A model generated the notes under the pieces. The model was given only the letters and a program-made list of their open reading frames with translations, ran no database searches and was not told the origin of the DNA. A DNA stretch of 32,000 nt from Candidatus Baldrarchaeum yapensis (GTDB lineage Archaea > Asgardarchaeota > Baldrarchaeia > Baldrarchaeales > Baldrarchaeaceae). Position 1 is the stretch's first letter. Every line of letters starts with the position of its first letter. This document shows, piece after piece, positions 15,874 through 25,616 of this stretch. The DNA is taken from assembly GCA_016840465.1 (NCBI GenBank), contig JAEOSH010000008.1, positions 24,981-56,980 of the forward strand, written 5' to 3'. Made by a program: the position numbers and the translations under genes.

Positions 15874-17055
15874 TTGTTCCCAAAAGTCTACTATGTAACA
15901 CCAAGGGCGGGTCCGGGATTCAGCCTTATCGAAAAACTGTATCTGCTTCTGGAAAAGTTGAATCTCGAAAGGAAAATAGGATCCGGCGATACGGTAGGAA
16001 TAAAAACGCATTTCGGAACTATCGGAAACACGCGATATCTTCGTCCAATATTTATAAGAGCAATTGTCGATTTTGTGAGAAAGTTGGGGGCTCAACCTTT
16101 AGTTATCGAAACGTGTGGCCATGGCCTTGGTAATCCTTTCTCTACAAGAACAACCGCGACCGGGCACCTAGAAGTCGCAAAAGCCAACGGCTTCTGTCCA
16201 GAAACACTAAATGCTCCTATAGTTATTCTAGACGGGCAATATGGCCTTGACTTCGAGCGTGTATCCTTTAACGGGAATTACATAAGAGAGGTATTCATAC
16301 CACGAGGTCTCAAAGGAATAGATATCGTAATCGTGGCAACACACTTCAAGGGACATGGAATTACGGGTTTCGGCGGTGCAATAAAGAATGTCGGTGTTGG
16401 ACTTATAGCGAAGCCCGGAAAGGGATTCCTGCACTTTCAGCGAAAATTGGAAGTAAAGTGGCGGCCTGACATTTGCCCTACCTGCCTAAAATGTGTTAAA
16501 ATATGTCCAAGTAATGCGCTTAGATTCTTAAACGAGAAAATACAGTTCGTCGAAGAAAAATGCCTGCTTTGCGGAATGTGCTGGTCAGCCGAGGTCTGCG
16601 AACACAGGCTAATAAGGCCAGTGTTGAGGGATGCATATAAAGTAACGCGAATGGTTGTGGAAAATGCCAAAGCAGTCATAGAGTGGCTTGGAAAGGACAA
16701 CTGGGTCTTTATAAACTTTGTACTCGATGTGACACCTGAGTGTGATTGCGTGCCATGGGCAGATCAGATCATAGTTCCCGATCAGGGAATTTTCGCTTCT
16801 TATGACCCGGTAGCGGTCGATTCGGCATCTTACGACTTTGTATCGGCAGCATCTATTATCAAGGACTCCGTACTCGGAAAATATGACGGTAAGATCACAC
16901 CTAGAGATGACAAATTCTCACTAGTAACAGGAGTGGACACCGCCAGAGTCCAACTTGAGTACGCGGAACAAATAGGGTTAGGACGTAGAACTTACCTGCT
17001 AGAATGGGTCTTGCCGGACGCAGAGGCAGAAGCCATAAGAAGAGGCGAACTTTAA
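15874..17055 (+). CDS. DUF362 family Fe-S protein with inserted ferredoxin
   Basis: KTHFG, THFKGH..GFGGAIKN.G.G, CPTCLKCVKICP, CLLCGMC...VC, DVTPECDC, ASYDPVAVD. Confidence 0.88.
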   Translation: MFPKVYYVTPRAGPGFSLIEKLYLLLEKLNLERKIGSGDTVGIKTHFGTIGNTRYLRPIFIRAIVDFVRKLGAQPLVIETCGHGLGNPFSTRTTATGHLEVAKANGFCPETLNAPIVILDGQYGLDFERVSFNGNYIREVFIPRGLKGIDIVIVATHFKGHGITGFGGAIKNVGVGLIAKPGKGFLHFQRKLEVKWRPDICPTCLKCVKICPSNALRFLNEKIQFVEEKCLLCGMCWSAEVCEHRLIRPVLRDAYKVTRMVVENAKAVIEWLGKDNWVFINFVLDVTPECDCVPWADQIIVPDQGIFASYDPVAVDSASYDFVSAASIIKDSVLGKYDGKITPRDDKFSLVTGVDTARVQLEYAEQIGLGRRTYLLEWVLPDAEAEAIRRGEL

Positions 17056-17072
17056 CACCCTTCCGGAAGTAA

Positions 17073-17582
17073 TCATCTCCTAGAGTCTCTTACGATGTTG
17101 CGAGACTTCAGCAGATGTTTCGAGGACATTTCTCTTCGCGCTTCCATAGCATATTTATCCACTAGACGTGCAAGCGGATGATTCTCAGGTATGAAACAAT
17201 AACTCACCGGAGGACACCATTTGGGATCTTCTAGCGCCTCCCTTATCTTCTCGAGAAATATCGGCTCTTTATACATAATTGGATTTAAAACCTCCAGCGC
17301 AACGCCAGAATTACATCCTTTAAAGTATTGATCGAATTCGGTCTTTGTTATGCCTGCATGATCCTTCACCAGATCCCAGAGCAAATCCAAAGACATGGTA
17401 TATTTTCTTCCAGCCCTGAACTCCCCGATTATCGCCTTTACATAGCCTGACGCGTACACTATCACCCGCGTTCCGTAAGGCACAAATGTTAGGCGTCTCC
17501 TGAGTTCATATTTTTTGGTACCCTTCAATATTTGGTACGCGTATTTGGGTTTAATCGACATGAGCATCATAGCGCATCCCAT
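17073..17582 (-). CDS. ASCH (PUA-like) domain protein, COG4933-type
   Basis: LMSIKPKYA..IL.GTKKYELRR (GxKxxExR), VIVYAS..VKAIIGEF. Start may be 17570 or 17567. Confidence 0.88.
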   Translation of the reverse strand: MGCAMMLMSIKPKYAYQILKGTKKYELRRRLTFVPYGTRVIVYASGYVKAIIGEFRAGRKYTMSLDLLWDLVKDHAGITKTEFDQYFKGCNSGVALEVLNPIMYKEPIFLEKIREALEDPKWCPPVSYCFIPENHPLARLVDKYAMEARREMSSKHLLKSRNIVRDSRR

Positions 17583-17622
17583 CGCGTGTGCGTGGCAACT
17601 ATTCTCCGTTATTTTCTCAACC

Positions 17623-17640
17623 TAATAAAAACTTTATATT
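17623..17640. promoter_or_regulatory. Putative bidirectional BRE/TATA element between the ASCH and GNAT-ABC genes
   Basis: AATAAAAA-CTTTATAT on plus and ATATAAAG on minus share the same bases, and it is the only TATA-like element in the 91-nt gap. Confidence 0.45.
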
Positions 17641-17673
17641 CGTTTAGAGAGCGGTATCATCGGTGGGATGTAG

Positions 17674-19638
17674 ATGAAGTTTATAGGCACAGTCGTGGAG
17701 GCAGAAATACCACGTTTCAAGCACAGGTGGTTTGGAGTTCTTGAAGTACAGCACAAAAAGAAGATTTACAGGTTATACATGAGTGGATCGATTACACAAT
17801 GGTTCATCGAAGGGGAACAAGTAGAAGTGAACGTTTTAAAGAAGGGGAAGACAATAAAGGGTAAGAATATTGTAATACTTGATTTTGACGATTTTGAACT
17901 TTACAGGCTTTGGAAGGGTAACAGAATAAAGGTGTGGCCTGTCTTTTCACGAGAGGTAACTCACTCTCGCCCCGACCCGGTCACAGGAAAAATACTGTAC
18001 GAATACAAGATAAAAGCGCGTGAGGCGGTATTTGAGTCCGATTACGAAGCAATAGCATCTCTCGAACAGTACCACTATGCAAGCAAGGAGGAAATCGTCG
18101 CACTATGGAGATGCGAGAAATGCAACGAAATTCTGGAAGCGAACACTAAACCTGAATGCCCTAACTGTAAAACCTCCGAAATGGTGCATATTCTCGAGAT
18201 CAGGGGAAGCACCCCGGCGTCAAGATTCCTTGTGCTGGAGCTGCTGGAAAGAAAACCCTATGAGCCTAGAATAATAGCATACGTCAGGGTGGATCCTCCG
18301 GTTCCATCGATGCACAGAAGGGTAGAAGAGGACGGAAAAGTGATCATTGAAAGAAACATCCGCGAAAAAGTATTCGAAGAGGATTGGTTCCATCCCGTCT
18401 TCTGGCCGGAAAAGATAGCGAGAGAGAAGATAGCGAAACTAAGAAGGAAGTACGGTAGAAGAATAGCGATCCAGAAGATATGGGAAGAGGCCAAATGGGA
18501 AGCTTTGCGTCAATGTGAGACTCAAGTCAGCCGAATTGCAAGAGTTGTTGTGCACCCAGATTATAGAGCGGATGGGCTGGGTGCTCTGAGTGCAAAGCTT
18601 GCCGTTGAGTGGATCAAGGAGAGGGCAGTTCCCGAAATGAAGCTTCCCAAGCATATGGTGGAAACGATCGCACAAATGGCAAGAGCCCACCCGTTTTTCG
18701 AGAAAATAGGATTTAAATATGTTTGGGACACTGCCGGAGGAAGACCCGTACTTTATTACCCGATAACAGACAAAGCTCGTGAAAAACTAGAGTTCTTCCT
18801 GAAAAATGACAAATACGCGTCAAAACATGGAGGAGTTCTTTTCAAGCCAAGATATGGCACGGTTGAGAAAATATCATCACCAATAGAGTTCATAGACGTA
18901 ACTAAAAGGTATGAAAGCGAGTTAGATCTAACAAGATTGCCAGGAGCGCTGAGAGATTTGTTGAGAGCCTTCGGAGTGGAGTCTAGAGTAATAGAACAAG
19001 CAGTCTTCAGGGATGTTAATTTGAAAATTCATCCCGGAGAGGTTATAGTTGTTGTCGGAGCAAGTGGGGCCGGGAAGACCACATTTGCCAGACTGATAGT
19101 AGGCGCATCCAAGGAGTATGAGAAGGCGTTAAGAGAGAAATTGGGTGACGAGAAGTTCGACATATTGTATAAGCCGGATTCAGGAACGATAAAGCTACCT
19201 GATAATGCTAAAATTTCGGCAATTATACCCGGAGAAATAGAGCCCACCTTCGATGACCTGACGCTACTCGAAAAAATATACTCGATAACCGGAGATCAGT
19301 ACTTGGCGGTTGAAATATTGAATAAATGCGGACTGGCGGATGCAGTTCTTTATAGGGCAAGGTTCAGCGAACTTTCAACTGGGCAGAGAGAAAGGGCAAG
19401 ACTTGCTGTAGTTTTAGCAGAAAAGCCAAACATACTTGTAATAGACGAATTTGCAGCACATTTGGATACTCTGACCGCACAAAGAGTTGCTAGAAAGTTA
19501 AATGAGATATGTAGATCTGCTGGAATAACTTTAATAGCGATAACTCATAGACCCGAGGTTCTTGAGGCACTATCCCCAGACAGAATATTATATGTAGGGT
19601 ACGGTACCCTAATTGAGCGCAGATCCTCGATAAAATGA
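17674..19638 (+). CDS. ABC-type ATPase fused to a GNAT acetyltransferase (COG2401-like) with N-terminal OB-like and Zn-ribbon modules
   Basis: CEKC..CPNC, RIARVVVHPDYRADGLG, GASGAGKTT, LSTGQRER, VIDEF, AHLD, ITHRPE. No TM segments. Confidence 0.88.
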   Translation: MKFIGTVVEAEIPRFKHRWFGVLEVQHKKKIYRLYMSGSITQWFIEGEQVEVNVLKKGKTIKGKNIVILDFDDFELYRLWKGNRIKVWPVFSREVTHSRPDPVTGKILYEYKIKAREAVFESDYEAIASLEQYHYASKEEIVALWRCEKCNEILEANTKPECPNCKTSEMVHILEIRGSTPASRFLVLELLERKPYEPRIIAYVRVDPPVPSMHRRVEEDGKVIIERNIREKVFEEDWFHPVFWPEKIAREKIAKLRRKYGRRIAIQKIWEEAKWEALRQCETQVSRIARVVVHPDYRADGLGALSAKLAVEWIKERAVPEMKLPKHMVETIAQMARAHPFFEKIGFKYVWDTAGGRPVLYYPITDKAREKLEFFLKNDKYASKHGGVLFKPRYGTVEKISSPIEFIDVTKRYESELDLTRLPGALRDLLRAFGVESRVIEQAVFRDVNLKIHPGEVIVVVGASGAGKTTFARLIVGASKEYEKALREKLGDEKFDILYKPDSGTIKLPDNAKISAIIPGEIEPTFDDLTLLEKIYSITGDQYLAVEILNKCGLADAVLYRARFSELSTGQRERARLAVVLAEKPNILVIDEFAAHLDTLTAQRVARKLNEICRSAGITLIAITHRPEVLEALSPDRILYVGYGTLIERRSSIK

Positions 19639-19962
19639 CAAATAAATCACAAATACTAGATTATAATCATTTTTGTCTCAATAAACAACCGATCAAATGT
19701 TCTAATAGCGAATATTATTACGATCTATATTGGTCAGTATTGGAATGAAATGGCACTTATCATATACTCTCTCATTTACGAGCGATAATTGGGGACGGCT
19801 CGGTACGGACTTTTTTGTAGTGTCTACTCGCAAAATTTGAGACGCTCATCGGACATCGACCCCCGTTATAAGAGTGAATGGTTCCCCTCTGAGAACCTAG
19901 AAATCTTAAATACCGTTATGGGAAATGTTGATAATGGTATAACGACTTTTGCTGGTGGGTGA

Positions 19963-21765
19963 TTGCAAGAAGGGGTGGAACGCTTGGAAGGAAAGAAGGT
20001 TATTGTGGACTTCAGCGAAACCGAGGAAGTGGTTCTCGGCCCCGACTCCGAACTCGAAGAACTTAAGGTCACTGGTGCGGTCTCCGTGATCAATCCAAGT
20101 GAGAATTCGAGAATATGGAATGCAAAGTTGCATTTGTCCAATGTACAAAATCTTGATATTCCCTCGGGAGAGTATACCGTGGGAGAGGTGGAGCCCGGAG
20201 GCAGATGGTCACGAGAATATAAAGTCAACGTTTCTGAACCCGTTCTTCACGTTAAAGAGGTAATAGACACGTGGGCAAAGGAAGAAGGGGTAACGCATCA
20301 AGCTTTCTGCAGAGGAAAAGAAATGCCCGTATCAATCACGATAACCTTAAAGAATCAAACCGCAATGCCTGTTTTTAACGTCAGGCTCGAAAAGAAACTT
20401 CCTGACGGCTTTGAAGAGCCTGAAATAAAGGCAATGAAGGGTAATGTCACATATGAAGTGGATACTAGGAAGATCATCTGGGAAATTCCTCAGATGGATC
20501 CAGAAGCTGAACTCCTCATGCTGATTAATACTAAGACCCTTCGTGAAGATGGAAACCCCGTCGGAATGGGAGAAATAATTGTCACGTATGAGTTAAAGGG
20601 AAACTGTAGAGCAATAGCTGATGCGCATCTCGAGTCCATCGGCAGAAGTATGACCATGATCAACATAGAGGAGAGCGAAAAGGGACCCGGCTTTTGGGAA
20701 TGCGCGCTCCAGTTCCATAATAGAAGCGACATGATATACCTTGTAAGGAAGGCCGTCGTGACAATGCAAGACCAGAAGATTGTGGAGGTTGAGCCAAACG
20801 CAGAAGTAGCACCAAATGACAAGTGGATTCACAAGTTTACGGTTGAGGGATTAGAAAGTCCGAAACTCGATAAGGTTGTAGATTTCATAGTTGTTTATGA
20901 TATACATAGAAGCCTGAAGGGTACAATAAGGAAGAAGGAAAAAGTATTACCAGTAGTTGATGTGAAATGCGAGAAGAGATTTGAGCCTCCAAGTGTACCT
21001 GCATACCAAGTGACACCATTAACCGCGATACTAATACTGGAAAATATAGGAAGTGCAGTGATAGATTCCGCCGAGTTTAGTGACCTGATACCCAAGCACT
21101 TCGTCCCACCACAACCTGAGGACATAAAGGTCGAGGTTGATGGAAGGTCGGTCGAAGATGGCATAGAGGTTCTGCTGGAACCCTCCGAGGTAACCGCAGA
21201 AACTGAGCACAAGATGCTTGTAAAAGTAACCGACCTAATCGACAGAGTTGGAGGTCTTAAACCTGGAGGTAAACTCGTAGTATCATACCAGTTTAGGGCA
21301 ATGCGACCACTTCCGACGATGGAATATCCAGCTCCCTTGAAAGTTACAGGTTATGCAAAGCCCGCAGGACCTGGCGCGGATGCTGAGACGCCAGAGGGAG
21401 AGCCTAAGATAGGGATAACATACGTTAAGAGAAGATACACCTGCGGAAAGAGTTATGAACCCGGTGCAGCGGCCGGAGAGTTCATAATAACAATTTTGCT
21501 AAGCAATACGGGCGAAGTTCCGCTAGAGGATATAGAAGTTAAGGACGTCATACCAAGAGGATTCGAAGTTGTTGAGTGGACTCCTAAGACCGCTGAAGTC
21601 GAAACTAGAGAAGAGGAAGGAGTGCTTTACTTGGTGTGGAAGGTTCCACGCGTTCCTGCTGGGCAACAGGTAGAACTCGAATATAAGGTTAAGGGAACCG
21701 GTGAGTATGTCTCTAAGGAACCTATAGTGACGATACATGGTGAACGACGGGTGGAAGAGACTTGA
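19963..21765 (+). CDS. Soluble all-beta protein: adaptin mu-homology-like N-terminus plus DUF11/Ig-like modules
   Basis: TTG start after GGTGGGTGA; no signal peptide or TM. VIVDFSET..VTG.V and MKG.V.Y....I.W.I..M motifs; repeated N.G....v.D.iP.gf modules. Confidence 0.75.
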   Translation: MQEGVERLEGKKVIVDFSETEEVVLGPDSELEELKVTGAVSVINPSENSRIWNAKLHLSNVQNLDIPSGEYTVGEVEPGGRWSREYKVNVSEPVLHVKEVIDTWAKEEGVTHQAFCRGKEMPVSITITLKNQTAMPVFNVRLEKKLPDGFEEPEIKAMKGNVTYEVDTRKIIWEIPQMDPEAELLMLINTKTLREDGNPVGMGEIIVTYELKGNCRAIADAHLESIGRSMTMINIEESEKGPGFWECALQFHNRSDMIYLVRKAVVTMQDQKIVEVEPNAEVAPNDKWIHKFTVEGLESPKLDKVVDFIVVYDIHRSLKGTIRKKEKVLPVVDVKCEKRFEPPSVPAYQVTPLTAILILENIGSAVIDSAEFSDLIPKHFVPPQPEDIKVEVDGRSVEDGIEVLLEPSEVTAETEHKMLVKVTDLIDRVGGLKPGGKLVVSYQFRAMRPLPTMEYPAPLKVTGYAKPAGPGADAETPEGEPKIGITYVKRRYTCGKSYEPGAAAGEFIITILLSNTGEVPLEDIEVKDVIPRGFEVVEWTPKTAEVETREEEGVLYLVWKVPRVPAGQQVELEYKVKGTGEYVSKEPIVTIHGERRVEET

Positions 21766-22760
21766 TGGTGAATGTCAAGGAAATTATATACAAGGGACTA
21801 ATACCGGTAATTTCTCCTAAAACTGCACCCTCCCCCCGATCATTTATTTACGAATACCGAGGTTTTCTCAAAGGGCTTGCGCTCATCGCAAGGAACGAAG
21901 AAGGTTTCTCGTACTTTCCCAGTAAAGTTGCACCCTCGGATAAGGAGAATGAAAATTTCATTCCAGAAGCCTCAGAGATCACATCAACTTTAGAAATACC
22001 GACATATTTTGTACTATATACGCACTTTGATCCATTCATGTGGAAAAATTACAAAACTGTTCGCGCGAATAACGAAACTCCAGAAGGATTCATCTGTCCA
22101 ATAAATAAGGAATATTTCGGATATCTAATGAAACTAATAACCGAGTTGTGCGAATATAAACCCCATGGGGTAATACTCCATCTATTTGGCTTCATAAACG
22201 TAGAGTATTGTTTCTGTAGGGATTGCAGAGAGGCCCTCTCCAGGGATGAAAAAATACCCGCAGATATACCTTTCTCTGCGATTAAATCCGATAAAGAGAT
22301 GTACGAGCGCTGGTTAAGGTGGAGATCCAATAATATCATGTCGATATTAAGCGAATTATCAAAGAACGTACACGAAAAGAACGTAAAGTTATATTTAGCG
22401 GTGGAAATAGACCCGTTCTTCGATTGGATAGGAGGTCTCTTTGAAAACTTTGGATACAGGATGGAAGAATTTATAGATGTGCTGGACGGGCTGATCCTCC
22501 ATATTTCTCCGTGGGAGGGATTAATACCCGAGGAGGGAACTGACGAGTACAACCAGCTAGTGAAGGCCATGGAGGAATTAGAGAGACTAAAAGCACGCGG
22601 CTTGGATATATCAATAATGTTCTGGCGACCGGATATGAGCGAGTTCAGTACAATTGTATCCTTAAAGGACAAATTTGGCATCGAAAATGTTTTCTTATCC
22701 ACAGAATCTCCTACGCGCTACGGACACTGGCGTGAAACGAAAATAGCGTACCGCCTCTAA
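21762..22760 (+). CDS. Glycoside-hydrolase-like TIM barrel (GHL10/GH42-like), possibly inactive
   Basis: FICP.N..Y..YL, YCFCRDC, W.RWR...I motifs. Start overlaps the upstream stop (TTGATG). Confidence 0.6.
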   Translation: MMVNVKEIIYKGLIPVISPKTAPSPRSFIYEYRGFLKGLALIARNEEGFSYFPSKVAPSDKENENFIPEASEITSTLEIPTYFVLYTHFDPFMWKNYKTVRANNETPEGFICPINKEYFGYLMKLITELCEYKPHGVILHLFGFINVEYCFCRDCREALSRDEKIPADIPFSAIKSDKEMYERWLRWRSNNIMSILSELSKNVHEKNVKLYLAVEIDPFFDWIGGLFENFGYRMEEFIDVLDGLILHISPWEGLIPEEGTDEYNQLVKAMEELERLKARGLDISIMFWRPDMSEFSTIVSLKDKFGIENVFLSTESPTRYGHWRETKIAYRL

Positions 22761-22815
22761 TTGTTATCAGCAAACTTTAATTTTTTGATATTGCAAGAAA
22801 TAGTGGTGATTCCAC

Positions 22816-23673
22816 ATGAAGATAATAGATACTCATTCTCAGTTATGGATCAAGGAGGCCATTGAAAGAACGCCTCTCGAAATGTTCGGACCATACGCGG
22901 ATGTTTTCAAGGGCCTAAAGGATATAAAAACGGCCTTGGAGAAGTTCGCAAGCGCATTTACGGTCGAAACCATAATAAAAGACATGGATGCCGCGGGCGT
23001 CACGATGGCAGTGGTTGTCGGTATCGACGCAGAAACAACATACAATTACAAGATACCGAACGAGTTAGTTGCAGAAACGGTAAAGAAGTACCCCGATAGA
23101 CTAATAGGATTTGCAGGGGTCGATCCTCGTAAGGGGCAAATCGCAGTACGTGAATTGGAACACGCAATACAAGATTTGGAACTTAAAGGTGTAAAACTTC
23201 TCCCACACTTGATGGAACTCTTCCCAAATGACCCCATATGTTACCCAATTTACGAGAAAGCAGAAGAGCTAGGGGTTCCGGTACTGTTCCATACGGGCAA
23301 TCAATTTCACCGGGGAACCAGGCTAAAATATTGTAGGCCGTTATATCTCGACGACGTGGCGGTTGACTTCCCTAAACTGAAAATAATCATAGCGCACTTT
23401 GGATGGCCATGGACGGAGGAAACCCTAGCGCTAGCGTTAAGACACCCCAATGTATACTTTAATATCGCTGGTTGGGCCCCTAAGTATCTCCCGGAGGTTT
23501 TACTGAGGTACATGGATGGACCTTTGAAGAACAAGGCCCTGTTTGGAACGGATTATCCACTTCTCCCGCGAAAAAGAGTCGTGAGCGAATTTATGGCATT
23601 ACCACTAAAAGAGGAGACAAAGCGTAAAGTGCTGTACGAAAACCCAAGGAAGGTACTTGATCTCGACATCTAA
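22816..23673 (+). CDS. Amidohydrolase_2 family metal-dependent hydrolase
   Basis: IIDTHSQ, GFAGVDP, KGVKL.P, PVLFHTG, IIIAHFG.P, LFGTDYP. Confidence 0.9.
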   Translation: MKIIDTHSQLWIKEAIERTPLEMFGPYADVFKGLKDIKTALEKFASAFTVETIIKDMDAAGVTMAVVVGIDAETTYNYKIPNELVAETVKKYPDRLIGFAGVDPRKGQIAVRELEHAIQDLELKGVKLLPHLMELFPNDPICYPIYEKAEELGVPVLFHTGNQFHRGTRLKYCRPLYLDDVAVDFPKLKIIIAHFGWPWTEETLALALRHPNVYFNIAGWAPKYLPEVLLRYMDGPLKNKALFGTDYPLLPRKRVVSEFMALPLKEETKRKVLYENPRKVLDLDI

Positions 23674-24135
23674 CTATTCTTCTTCATCCAGTAACTCCTT
23701 CAATGTCACCCTCCTAGCCTCGAGTTCAACTTTCCTCTTTTCATATTCCTCATTCGTTATCTCGCCCGACTTGTGCCTCTCCTCTAGATCGCTTAATTCC
23801 CTCTCTATCATTTTAAGCTCCGCCACCAACTCGTTTGCAATTATCTCCTCCTCTCCTAATGTTGCCTCCTTTGAAGACTCTGCCATCGAAGATGTTTCTG
23901 CAAACCCGCCCTCTCCTGTCTCTTCAGGCCTCTCACCAACTCCCTCCTCAACGGTACTGCCCAAGTATGATGGGATTATCGAAGTTAACAGAGAGTATAT
24001 CCTGTTAACCCTATTTTCGAGATCCTCTATTCGCTTTAAAAGAGAACCGACATCGACTCCGCTTATTTTCTGGACTGCTTCTTTAATCTTCCTCTCTATT
24101 ATTGATTCGAGCACTCTCACCAATTCTTCTCCCAT
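23674..24135 (-). CDS. Coiled-coil protein with an acidic linker and SHOCT-like C-terminus
   Basis: LLKRIEDLENRVNRI, E-rich linker, LEERHKSGEITNEEYEKRKVEL. Confidence 0.72.
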   Translation of the reverse strand: MGEELVRVLESIIERKIKEAVQKISGVDVGSLLKRIEDLENRVNRIYSLLTSIIPSYLGSTVEEGVGERPEETGEGGFAETSSMAESSKEATLGEEEIIANELVAELKMIERELSDLEERHKSGEITNEEYEKRKVELEARRVTLKELLDEEE

Positions 24136-24317
24136 TTTATCCCACCAACTATCCCCAATGATACACTGTTAATAATGTGTAACTATGGCATCTCTATTGC
24201 CGGAGTATCTTATTAATATTCTCCAAACAATGTAATGTGACGTGATGTTATTACGAATAGCGGAGCGGTACTTGCGATTTGATGCAAATACAAAATTTCA
24301 CATGTTGAGGGAGCACC

Positions 24318-25505
24318 ATGCCCCCTCGGGACAGAAAAATTGCCCTCATAGGGAAGGACGTAATAACACCGTTCAAGAGAATAAGAAACGGAATGGTAAT
24401 CATCGACGGTGAGAGAATATCATATGTGGGTCCAGTAATCGACATTCCATCAACGGAAAAAATAGAGGTGATAGATGCCAGCAAATATCATATTGTTCCC
24501 GGTTTTATCGATATACACGCCCATGGAGCACTTGGATGTAACGTCATGGATGCGTCCATAGAATCTCTGAGAAAGATCTCGGAACACTTTGCAAGACATG
24601 GTGTAACGGCGTTTCTAGCAACCACGTTTACCGCACCTCATGAAAGACTCCTCTCCGTGGTAAAGAGTGTGCATATGTCGGTGAACAGCGTTACCTCGGG
24701 CGCTGAGATACTGGGGATACACCTCGAGGGGCCATGGCTGAATAAGGAAAAGGCGGGGTCGCAACCATCGCGCTGGCTAAGACTTCCCTCAAAGGAAGAA
24801 TTCCTAGAACTGTACAAAGCGAGTAACGGAATAATAAGGATGGTGACAATCGCTCCAGAGTTAAAGGGCGCCATTGAAGTGATAGAGATTGCGAGAAAAA
24901 TGGGAGTCGTGCCATCAGCAGGCCACACACTCGCTACGTTTGAATGCATGATTGCAGCCCAAAAGGCAGGATTATCCCATATCACGCACATGTTCAATGC
25001 AATGGGAGCATTTCATCACAGATCTCCCGGCCCTGTGGGCGCGGGACTCATCATTGATGATCTTACCGCTGATGTAATAGTGGATGGTGTACATGTACAT
25101 CCATCGGTAGTAAAATTACTAATTCGGGTAAAAGGGGTGGATAAAATATGTCTGATCACCGATTCGACATCATTCAGCGGTTTAAAGCCAGGAGAGTATA
25201 AGATATTTGGCGATACGAAGGTGATTGTAGAAAGGGGTGCATGTTGGCTACCAAACGGGAGACTATTCGGAAGTGTACTGACAATGGATGATGCGGTTAG
25301 AAATGTCATCAAGTTCGCGGGAATACCGCTAGAGGATGCAATTAGAATGGCATCTTACAATCCAGCACGGATCCTGAATATGAGTCAGGAAATGGGATCG
25401 CTGACCGTTGGAAAAGTCGCAAACATCACCATCATAGATAATAACATCTGTGTGAAGTTGACAATTGTCCGAGGCAACATCGTCTTTAGAAGCGACTCAA
25501 TATAA
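24318..25505 (+). CDS. nagA: N-acetylglucosamine-6-phosphate deacetylase
   Basis: PGFIDIHAHG, HLEGPW, GHT, THMFNAM, DGVHVHP, LITDS, GSVLTMD, NPA. Confidence 0.92.
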   Translation: MPPRDRKIALIGKDVITPFKRIRNGMVIIDGERISYVGPVIDIPSTEKIEVIDASKYHIVPGFIDIHAHGALGCNVMDASIESLRKISEHFARHGVTAFLATTFTAPHERLLSVVKSVHMSVNSVTSGAEILGIHLEGPWLNKEKAGSQPSRWLRLPSKEEFLELYKASNGIIRMVTIAPELKGAIEVIEIARKMGVVPSAGHTLATFECMIAAQKAGLSHITHMFNAMGAFHHRSPGPVGAGLIIDDLTADVIVDGVHVHPSVVKLLIRVKGVDKICLITDSTSFSGLKPGEYKIFGDTKVIVERGACWLPNGRLFGSVLTMDDAVRNVIKFAGIPLEDAIRMASYNPARILNMSQEMGSLTVGKVANITIIDNNICVKLTIVRGNIVFRSDSI

Positions 25506-25616
25506 CACCAGATGGAATATATGGAACATGTTTTCTCTCAGAAGCATCGTCTATCAACAATAATGTCGCACTTTGCATAGGTCTCCGATATTTTATCGCA
25601 TTAAAATTACTCGAAA

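Noticed and set aside
19800-19852. Minus-strand CGATGA...CCGA spacing resembling a C/D sRNA
   Set aside because: Internal boxes absent and no rRNA complement recognised.
22816-22845. Amidohydrolase HxH motif reads HSQ
   Set aside because: Variation at this ligand is common in the family and the other metal ligands are intact.
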